64,000 nt of DNA. Origin: Octopus vulgaris. Lineage: Eukaryota. Each line of letters opens with the position of its first letter. The stretch's first letter is position 1. The position numbers and the translations under genes are program-made. This document shows, one piece after another, positions 53,476-64,000 of this stretch. The stretch spans positions 126,108,001 through 126,172,000 of the forward strand of contig OX597819.1 of assembly GCA_951406725.2 (NCBI GenBank), in the 5' to 3' direction. The notes beneath the pieces were generated by a model. It had not been told where the DNA came from and made no database searches. It worked only from the letters and a program-made list of their open reading frames with translations.

Positions 53476-56439
53476 CTGCTGATGATGCTTATCTTCCAGG
53501 CCGACTCAGTTCGAGCAGACCTATAACTAAAAGCGTTCCAACCGGGGCCATCCTCTTATTGTTCACGTTTAGTGTATCCAGTACTTCATTATTTAAAGTA
53601 ATCTTCCGTTTTTAAGACAATAAAGTATAATTTGAGGGAATTTGACTGCCATATCTAGTAAAGAAATCTACCGTTTGTGGGTTACCTTACGAGTTTGTGT
53701 CACTGAGAGTTAAATATCTTGAACATAAATGATGATTAGGTATGAGTTTTGCTCAATCTCTTATGATAAATAAACTGATAATCCCTTGCTAAGCATTTTT
53801 ATACTAGTTATTTAAACATAGTCGAAATAAACAAGAGGCTCGCATATTATAATTTTTTTCTGAAATACAAATTTAAAACAGCAGAGTAATAAACAATAAG
53901 TGCAATCGAACTGGTGCTCAAGAAATCTATTCTAACTTACCCCTGGGACTACACCACTGCATGTTCTACAGAACTCCACTTGTTATGGAGTCACGAATGT
54001 GGGGGCGGAAGGTGGGGGAGATGATGTACAGAAAAGTGATAGTTCAGAAAGCTTAAATAATTTGAAAATTAATTGTCTTAAGTTTCTCGAATGAATAAGA
54101 ATTTATGTTAACTGATGTAGAATTTTGGATGGCAACATTTGGCAGCGTTTCTCATATGCAGGAAATTTAGCTAACTTTGAATGTGCCAAAATTTTCTAGT
54201 GATGCCGTAGGCGGCAACACTAATTCTACTTGAGTGTTTCAGCTGTTAATATTATTGAGAGATGGTGCATGAAAAATTGCTTCAAAGTTCAATATTTCGG
54301 AACGTAAACCATTAATCTTAATGTTTGAAAAGCTATACTGGTATTTATGAAGACCAAGCATTGATTAAGAGTTGACAGGCTGTCACTAATATTAACCTAT
54401 GGAATTACTAATTTAACTACACACACGCAAGCATACGCATACCAACACATATACATACTCACCTATATATTATATATATGTATATATAAGCATGTACACA
54501 CACACATATATACACACACATGTATATATGAATACATATGTATATTTACATATGTATCTATCTATCTATATAATCAAGAAAGAGGAAAGCTAAAAGAAAA
54601 GAAACGATGAGTATGAACGAAATGTGAATGTGCGTATGTGTGTGTGCGCATATATATATATATATATATATGCATATACGTATGTATGTATGTATGTATG
54701 TATGTATGTATGTATGTATGTATGTATGTATGTATGTATGTATGTATGTATGTATGTATGTATGTATGTATGCATGTATGTATGTATGTATGTATGAGTG
54801 TAGGTGTATATATATATATATATGCATATACGTATGTATGTATGTATGTATGTATGTATGTATGTATGTATGTATGTATGAGTGTAGGTGTATATATATA
54901 TACTTATGAGTATTTAGTGAAGATTCGTCTAATCGTGGTCAAGATCGATTGTCTTAGTTTCGTTTTCTGCCCCTGTTCAAGGGTTATGGGCCTCAAGCAG
55001 TTTACTGTCAAAAAGCATTACAGTCCTGGTAATGAGTTATTGTTGTTGTTTAACATTGGTTGACTAGACTTATGATCAAAAACATTCCCTCCTGGGCCAC
55101 CTCGTCTTCTTTTCTATAAATCTAGAACTGCTTTATTCAATCTATCCTTCCTCGTGTTGTAGGACGTAAGGGTGTGATTAGTGAGAGCTTGGGCTGATGT
55201 TTTTCTTTCATACGCTTGGTAATTGTGGATTTTTTGCTCAGATGTGCTCCACAGACCTTGAATGCAGTCGGTTTGGCAAAGCTGTGGCTAAGTAACGAAA
55301 AGAAATCATAAAAAAAAGGCCCTTGAAATTTAAAAGGATAATTTAAAAGCATCACACCTGACATCATCATATACATTTTGAAGTTTTACACCTGTAGCAT
55401 GTTGTAGCACAGTTTGCAATGATCGAAGGAATTCTAACCGTGACCACTCCATCCTTTTAAGGATATCATCGACTAAATTATCTATTTCGGGGCTGCCTGC
55501 TGGAGCCTAACGGCAGGCATTTAAAGGGAAAAATTTGACAAGTCAGTCAGTCACCGGCTGACACTCGCTGACGATACATCGAAGAGGCCAGGGAACAGAA
55601 GGAAGAAGAAGAAAGAAGACACGCACCCAACACCAGAGCTGAAGACACCTCCGAAAGAGGGGGACCGCCTCGTCAAAACGGTAGAGGAGTAGGGGCCGAA
55701 ACCGGACGTGGTTACTCCTGATGATGTCTTGAGCTAACTGGATCCTATAAAAGAGCTATTGTGGTATCAGACCACGAAACACGGTTGTAATTCCTCCTTT
55801 TATTTTAAGATGTAATGAAAAATGTTTAGGGAAATTTGGTTGCTTTTTCAAGCTAGTCGAGTAAACACTTAGTATCTCCCTCATCAGATCGGCTTGTTTT
55901 CTGGTTTTATCAATTGGTGTCGAATAAAACGTAATGCTTCTAAATCTAAAACGCAACGCGCTATAATTGCGGTTGCAGCAAATTCATTTCGTGTGAGGTT
56001 TAATATACTTCACAAATGTTATGAAATATGTTTGTTTTTGGTAACACATGGCGTATATTTTTCTAATCAAAAATAAACAAATCCTTTACAAATCATTTGA
56101 GCAAATTATCCGTGATTTTTTTTTGTCTAGTCCCATGGATCGACAGTTAATTTTCGTTGAGCTTGTTTCGCGGTTGTAACTCTGATTACACTTAAAACAA
56201 CTGTTTCAAAATAGAATAACATTAATTTACTTTCCTTTCCTAGGTATTACATACAGTAAATTTCTTTTCATAGAGCTTTAAACCGATATACGGTAATGAA
56301 AATTTATAAAACATATAGAATAAGTTTTTGGTGTAAGCAATTGACCTTGATGATTTTCTGATCATCTATTAATTAGTATTGTCGTTCTATTATGTTAAGC
56401 GTTTTTTTCAAATTTATTAAAAAAATCTACAACAAATTA

Positions 56440-57010
56440 ATCAATAGTATACTCTCCGTTGTTGTTTACCACTTCCTCTCATCGATCAATAAGTTTTTCC
56501 ATGCCTCGGCGATAGAAAACTCCCAAACTAGTCTCAAAGAATTCGTCCAACAAAGCCCTCAATTCCACGTCTTTATTGAACGATACACCGTGAAAGAGTT
56601 CAAAAGCGGTCGAAAGAGATGAAAATCTAAAATGTTGCCTTATCCTCTATACTCTGGAGATAAGGCAGCACTTCCCATTCGAGTTAATGAATCGCGGCTT
56701 TGGTCATATTGGCGATGTGAGGACTGGAATTGTCTTTTTTTCTTGCTAGTTGTTGGACATAGAGCTCCGTATTGAGTGTTTGACTGCGCTCAAGCAGTTC
56801 GTAATGAATTATGCCTTCCCAGTCCCACCATACACACGACATGGTCTTTCGAGGATGAAGGTCTTGTTTTGCTCGCAGAGTCGCTTGTTTATCGAGGCTG
56901 AGCCATTATTTTCTCTGCTTTATATTGACGTAAAAGCACCATTTTTCATCGCCAGTGCTTGTAACCATGTGTTCAGCGATGTCGAGCGAGTAAACTGGCG
57001 GCGATAGTAG
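56440..57010 (-). mobile_element. mariner transposase remnant
   Basis: KQDLHPRKTMSCVWWDWEGIIHYELL..TLNTELYVQQL, PHIANMTKAAI, LEWEVLP, DFHLFR. Confidence 0.85.
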
Positions 57011-57190
57011 AGTGTTGATTTTATCGGTACGAATGGGGGGTTAGGAAAAAATTACAAACTGCATTCCAATCTATGCACCCGTCTCCATATGTGTGCCATT
57101 TTTCATGCGATTCCACCCAGCCATTTGGCTGTGAACCTCAAGACAAGAAAGAATACAACGCTCGCCCATGTCCAATTTATATTATAGATA

Positions 57191-57365
57191 TACAGAGTGC
57201 GCTGAATACATTGTCGTTTAAAATATGCAAAAATGAAAATACCACTGACTCCTCATTTTAACATATATTCACTAAAATTACATTAAAATATCTTGAAATA
57301 CTAAACAGTAAATTTATTCAATGAAATCGCTATTGGCTTCAACCACGGCCTCCAGACGTGTCTTC
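57191..57365 (-). mobile_element. Tc1/maT-like transposon 3' end fragment
   Basis: RLEAVVEANSDFIE* then TIR-like end ..CAGCGCACTCTG-TA. Confidence 0.6.
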
Positions 57366-57389
57366 GCAGTGGAAAACCCCAACCTCTCC

Positions 57390-57953
57390 GATACTCAAGC
57401 AATGTGAAAACACTGTTGGCCGTTTTCTTCGACTATAAAGGGATTCTTCATCATGAGTATGTTCCACCTTGTCAGAAAGTAAACAAGAAGTACTACTGTG
57501 ACGTTTTGCAGCGTTTGTAAGATGCTAATCGTCGGAAAAGACCACAACTGAATGCGTCCAGTGAGTGACAATTGCACCATGACAACGCACCTGCCCATTC
57601 AGCGCAGCTTGTGCCGCAGTTTTGGGCTAGGCCCAGCATTCTCAAGGTCCGACAGCCACCGTATTCCCCAAATCTCGCTCCTTGCGATTTTTACCTCTTT
57701 CCAAAAATCACATCCCGCTTGAAAGGAAGATTTCAGGGCGTCGAGGAAATAAAAGTGAATGCGACGATGCAGCTGTTGATTATCCCCCAAAGCGGGTTCC
57801 AGGAATGCTTCCATCAATGGAAACAGCGCCGGATTAAGTGTGTGGCTTCCGAAGGGGACCACTTTGATTGAAGGAGATTAAATGCCAAATTGGTACGAGT
57901 TGTACTTCTGTTTTTATAACACCAGTCTGGATACTAATTGATCCGACCTCGTA
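57390..57953 (+). mobile_element. mariner (DD34D) transposon 3' half
   Basis: VFFDYKGILHHEYVP, HHDNAPAH, PPYSPNLAPCDFYLFP; 34 residues between the catalytic Asp residues; TIR end ..TTGATCCGACCTCG-TA. Confidence 0.92.
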
Positions 57954-58791
57954 TAGAATTCAATTACAAAACGCATTCAGATAAATCTCCCATACAAAAG
58001 CATATATACACACACACACGCATACAGACACACATGCACATGCACATACACACACACACATTTACACACACATATATATACACACATGCACACATACATG
58101 CATTAATACACACAACATAGTTTTTTTAAATCAAGTTTGTACGAGTCAACGAATTCTTTATTAACTAAACATTAACTCTACACCTTTAATTACAAATATC
58201 TTTAATATAAGAAACGGTATATGAACTACCAATGGCTTTAGTGGTTGTTTAGCCCAGGTCAATATCGATAGAGCAGTCTTATGATATAAAAGGCATTACC
58301 AGCCGTCTTTACGCCCGGCTCATTGAAGCCATGTCATTATAAACTAAAGCGCCCTCTTTAAACACGATAGTTTTCAATAACCAATTGGTAACGGTAGTCG
58401 TTAATTCTTGCTGTAGGTTTCGTTGTTGTTGTTGTTACTCAGCTGCTTCTATTGATGCTGTTTATTCACAGCTCAGCTCTGAACGAATACAGCTTGATAA
58501 AAGGCGTTCCATCTATGACCATTTCATCTTTTTCAAGCATTGTGTATTCAGGACTGCTTTATCTAATGTCCTTTTATATGATATTAGGATGTAATTTGTG
58601 GGCGATTTGGCTGCTATTTCTAGTCAATACAACGCTCGTTAGCCCATAAAAATCATGGACTTGACTGGAAATAATCGATTGTTCCCACCAGTGAAACGTT
58701 CTTGACCTTGGGTCACTAATTCAAATCAATATTCTAAAAACAATCTGGAGAAATTTCTGCATCTATATTCATGAATATATATCTATATCTA

Positions 58792-58918
<127 letters not shown>

Positions 58919-59071
58919 ATGTATGTATGTATGTATGTATGTATATATGTATGTATGTATGTATGTGTGTGCATGTGTGTGTGTTGTGTGTGCGTGAGTA
59001 TGTGTGTAAATATCTATGTTGGAATGTAGATTGTGTTTTAGCATACACACACACACGCATATACACGCACA

Positions 59072-59118
<47 letters not shown>

Positions 59119-59122
<4 letters not shown>

Positions 59123-59196
59123 TAACAATTTAATAAATAAAATATATGCATACATACATACATATATGTACGTACCTACATCTATATGTATATATG

Positions 59197-59258
<62 letters not shown>

Positions 59259-59322
59259 GATGTAGGTACGTACATATATGTATGTATGTATGCATATATT
59301 TTATTTATTAAATTGTTATTAT
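59119..59322. repeat. Near-perfect inverted duplication centred on (TA)n
   Basis: ~70-bp arms ATAACAATTTAATAAATAAAATATATGCATAC...GTACCTACATCTATATG and their reverse complement. Confidence 0.92.
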
Positions 59323-59365
59323 ATGACTGAGCGCCTCGCGTCGTTTCGTTTCTTTCCTCCAAGTA

Positions 59366-59426
<61 letters not shown>

Positions 59427-60531
59427 CAAGCTGCCCCAAAAGTCACTGATGGGTTTCAATTTTTAATAACTTCCTTAACTTTACAAATAAATGCATGAAA
59501 TTTTGATACAATATAAAAGACATAATGGGAATTAATATGCACAAGTCCTATTTTGCAACAACTCTACATAACTTATAAGGCGGCGAGCTGGCAGAAACGT
59601 TAGCACGCCGGGCGAAATGCGTAGCCGTATTTCGTCTGTTGTTACGTTCCGAGTTCAAATTCCGCCGAGGTCGACTTTGCCTTTCATCCTCCCGGGGTCG
59701 ATAAATTAAGTACCAGTTGCGTACTGGGGTCGATGTAATCGCCTTAATCCCTTTGTCTGTCCTTGTTTGTCCCCTCTGTGTTTAGCCCCTTGTGGGTAGT
59801 TAAGAAATCAACTCTACATAACTTATATAAAATGACATCACTTAAATGCTCGTGCTCTTTCTAAAACTTGAACCATAACACCCTCAAGATTTTCAGACCC
59901 CACTTCTCTGATTTCTCTATTGATGTTCTCCTTCAGTTGCACCAGGGTCTCCGGTTTCTTAACGTAAACCCTCTCTTTCAAGTATCTTCCACAAGAAAAA
60001 ATCCGGGCTAGTCAAGTATGAAGAGTGTGAAGGCCAGTTGACATTACTGTAGCGGGAGATTATTCTCTCTCTAAAGCACAGCCGTAGTAACTGCGTTGTT
60101 TCGCTTGCGGTATGAGCAGGTTCCCGATCTTGCTGGAATCATGTGTGAGGTCTACTTTCAATGGACTTCACGTTCCCCAGACTTGACTAGCCCGGAGTTT
60201 TTCTTGTGGAGATACTTGAAAGAGAGGGTTTACGTCAACAAACTGGTGACCCTGGTGCAACTGAAGAACATCAATAGAGAAATCTGAGAGGTGGGGTATC
60301 TAACTCTTGAGGGTGTTGTGGTGCAAATTTTGTAAAGAGCACAGGCGTGCGAAGCCGAAAATGGCTGCCATTTAACCGATGTCCATTTTCCATATGTGAT
60401 GCAGTGGTGTTGCAAAATCCGACTTGTGCATATTAATTTCCATTATGCTCTTTATATTGTATCAAAATTTCATGCATTTATTTGTAAAGTTAAGGAAATT
60501 GAAACCCACCAGTGACTTTTGGGACACCCGG
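59427..60531. mobile_element. Fold-back Tc1/mariner-derived element, second and longer copy
   Basis: Same TIRs as 51206-51947; WTSRSPDLTSPEFFLWRYLKERVY on plus, with an inverted copy at 59900-60020. Confidence 0.9.
59579..59808 (+). mobile_element. SINE family A with 19-bp TSD, inside the left TIR
   Basis: TSD CAACTCTACATAACTTATA at 59559-59577 and 59809-59827. Confidence 0.94.
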
Positions 60532-60535
60532 TATA

Positions 60536-60930
60536 TCTTTATATATAAAAGTGAGGTTGTGTGTCTGTCTCCTACGATTTAGATTCCTAACTACTCCCAC
60601 ATTTTGCGGTGCAGTTTAACCAAAACCGGGTATCTTATAGTCGTGATTCATATCGAGCCCTTCTGGGTATTAGCGCGCGTCTACGATGAGTCTACGATTT
60701 AAAACAAAAATTACCATCATTTTTTTCCATTTTCATGCATTTTTTCGCTATTATATAAGGGAAGTAACTCTCTAAAAATGTCTACGACGAGTCAACGATT
60801 TAAAAAGAAATTACCAACATTTTTTTCCCATTTTTAATGCATTTTTTGCTATTTTTGGCTATAACTCTCTAAAAATGCTTATATAGTTATTTCCCTTACA
60901 AACCCGAGCAACGCCGGGCGATACTGCTAG
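60536..60930 (+). mobile_element. Non-autonomous Helitron
   Basis: A|TC...hairpin...CTAG|T, no TSD; matches 46218-46578. Confidence 0.92.
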
Positions 60931-61132
60931 TATATATATATATATATATATAGCGAGAGAGAGAGAGGGGGGGGTAGAGATAGACAGATGTGAGCATATT
61001 TGCATGTGCATGTGTCTATGTATGTTTGTATGTATGTACGTATGTACGTATGTATGTATGTATGTATTTATCTATCTATATGTATATACATATACATACA
61101 TACATACACACATACACACATATATAGATATG

Positions 61133-61169
<37 letters not shown>

Positions 61170-61774
61170 ACACTCACACACACGCATATATCTTTAGGTA
61201 TGTTTTCATACGAATATATGTAGCAATGTATGTGTGTGTGGATGTGTGCGTGTTGATGTGTATGCGCATATATGTGTGTCTGCCTGTCTGCCTGTCTGTC
61301 TGTATGACTAGATTGTAAAATATTTAGTGTACATGTACGTATTGGATTATTGGTAATATTACACTATATTTATGTGTAGCGCCCTCTGTGTTAGTCTGCC
61401 TACAATGGTAATCTATTCATACGGTCGAACACTTGGTAATTAGTTCTGCTCTAGTTAACAGATCAGATTAATCGAACCTAATATAAGTGACCAGGCAGTA
61501 AAAACCCGACAGTGGTCGACTAGAAATCAGTTAGTTCTTGCTGACTAATCACCTATTTACTTGTGTTGATTCAAGTCTGGATCTTTTCCAATAGAGGTGG
61601 GATCGAAAAAAATGGCTTTTTTTTGTTTTTTTGTTTTTTTAGTTTTACACTCATACATACATATATACCTATATGAAAGCGTGAGTTTGTGTGTGTGTGT
61701 GTGTGTGTATGTGCGTGTGTCTCTCTGTGTGTGTGTGTGCGTGTGTATTTTTTTGTGCTTTTCTTTTATTTTTT

Positions 61775-62111
61775 TTACTTGTTTCAGTCATTTGACTGCG
61801 GCCATGCTGGAGCTGGAGCACCGCCTTTCTAGTCGAGCAAATCGATCCCAGGACTCATTCTTTGTAAGCCTAATACTTATTCTATCGGTCTCTTTTTGCC
61901 GAACCACTAAGTGACGGGGACGTAAACACACCAGCATCGGTTGTCAAGCGATGTTGAGGGGACAAACACAGACACACAAACATACACACACACACACACA
62001 CGCACATATATATGTTTTTATCGGCTAAACTGGCAAAATGACCGAAATGTAACAATATATGTTTCAACACACGACTTCACATAAAAAATCTTGCACAACA
62101 AATATATAAAC

Positions 62112-62192
<81 letters not shown>

Positions 62193-62352
62193 GCGGGCTT
62201 CTTTCAGTTTCCGTCTACCAAATCCACTGACAAGGCTTTGGTCGGCCCGAGGCTATAGTAGAAGACACTTGCCCAAGGTGCCACGCAGTGGGACTGAACC
62301 CAGAACCATGTGGTTGGTAAACAAGCTACTTACCACACAGCCACTCCTGCGC
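61775..62352 (-). mobile_element. SINE family B with a PLE end nested in its internal microsatellite
   Basis: Reverse complement of 11762-12165; insert at 62014-62113. Confidence 0.9.
62014..62113. mobile_element. Solo PLE terminal-repeat end
   Basis: Matches 31905-32010. Confidence 0.8.
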
Positions 62353-63000
62353 ATGTATGCAAATGTCAAAAGAATTTCTAAATGGTTCCATGAAGCAAAA
62401 ACAATGACATTAATACATTGTATATGAAATCTAGAATTATTATAAAAATATTGTTGGTAAATGTGTCAACTTCTCTGACTTCCTAGTCTCATGCTATACG
62501 GAACAATTCATCCGATGGATATTATACGAGTATGTGGTCCCTTCTAAATAACACTATTATGTTAGTGTTCATTATCTTTGTGAAAGCGTGTTGTCAATAT
62601 CCGGCCGAGGAAGTGTCAGAAGACAGGGACATCGGGTAAAAAAGGCTTATACATAGAAACGACTGTACGTGAATATGCATGTGGTCCATTGTATTGTATT
62701 ATAATGTTTATTGGTTATTTCGCTCTGTGGCATGAAAAGTATACGGAAGTTTGTAGAATGAATATTTGTCAATCTTAATTCGAGGTGAAAAGTTGGGCGA
62801 AATATTGATTTCAGTGGAATTCGAAGAGAACATAGGTGAAAATGTGAAATCTAAACTCCAGTACATTCTAAGAAAGATGAGGGGTAGTTTCTCTCTTTTT
62901 TTTTTTTCTGTTGAAAGACTGCTCCAGGGTTAACTCCTGTCTCAGCGGAACAAATTTAATGATTAAAAAATCAAGAACAAAAACACAGAATTATTATATT

Positions 63001-63416
63001 TATTTCTTTATTGCCCACAAGGGGCTAAACACAGAGGGGACAAACAAAGACAGACAAAGGGATTAGGTCGATTACATCGAACCCAGTGCGTAACCGGTAC
63101 TTATTTAATGGACCCCGAAAGGATGAAAGGCAAAGTCGACCTTGGTGGAATTTGAACTCAGAATGTAACGGCAGACGAAAGACCTATTTCTTTATTACCC
63201 ACAAGGGGCTAAACATAGAGGGGAAAAACAAGGACAGACAAACGGATTAAGTCGATTATATTGACCCCAGTGTGTAACTAGTACTTAATTTATCGACCCC
63301 GAAAGGATGAAAGGCAAATCGACCTTGTCGGAATTTGAACTCAGAACGTAACGGCAGACGAAATACCGCAAACCATTTCGCCTGGTGTGCTAACGATTCT
63401 GCCAGCTCGCCGCCTT
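63001..63416 (-). mobile_element. SINE family A dimer with 13-bp TSD
   Basis: TSD GAATTATTATATT at 62988-63000 and 63420-63432; junction near 63180. Confidence 0.92.
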
Positions 63417-64000
63417 ACGGAATTATTATATTGCCAAAACGGTTATTTATTCTTTATATAATTATGTATTTATAAAAGTATCTATCAAAATGTTTAAAAA
63501 GCAGTTTAGGAAAAGACCTCCCATCTTAGCTTCTTAATTTACTTTCCGAAAATGCTTGTAATTACTGTTTTAAGCTTTACTAATATAGATAATGAAATGT
63601 AGACTTATGTTTCTTGAAACTCGCAAATGGACGAGAACAAAAGCTTTTAATTAAATTGAATCAATAACAATGTTTTATACAATAACATTCTCTCAAGTGT
63701 TGTATGTCTCTCAGAAGACCGCATTTCATCCCTCAGAAAGCCGCAGATTCCCTACCCTGTCCTACGATCAGCAAGAGATAATTACTGTTAAATCGGAGTT
63801 TACTGAAAGAAATATCTTCCTCGTCATTCACAGGCTGCATTGGTACTTGTTCTCACCAGACAGGGGAGAACATTGTGTTAGAAAGATCACAAGCAGAAAA
63901 ACGTCACTTGAATAAAAAAAAAAAAAAACGACTTCATTCACATTATATCCCTTTAAACGCTGTTCCCTTTTGCGCGAAACCGTCAAGTAGTTATACATAA

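Overview
AT-rich, microsatellite-dense animal DNA, most likely an octopus (coleoid cephalopod) intron or intergenic region. The organism is inferred from the repeat landscape, not proven. No host protein-coding gene can be supported; nearly all ORF-track entries are microsatellite read-through. The window is a dense mosaic of mobile elements: at least four tRNA-derived SINE families (about 25 copies), three RTE-clade LINE pieces (one with an uninterrupted 533-codon RT frame), a CR1-like LINE, Tx1/L1-like 3' ends, maT (DD37D), mariner (DD34D) and Tigger/pogo remnants, fold-back Tc1-derived MITEs, and Helitrons. The most interesting signal is a population of Penelope-like retroelement (PLE) pieces, mostly in (TA)n tracts. 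About ten of them carry minimal type I hammerhead-ribozyme motifs from several distinct families. These include a family with a shared non-canonical CUGUCGA core and a hammerhead next to a Pol III tRNA-like head. Other points: SINE dimers with a fixed junction, a SINE/LINE shared 3' tail, SINE module shuffling, and several inverted or templated rearrangements. All calls are by eye; no searches or folding were run.
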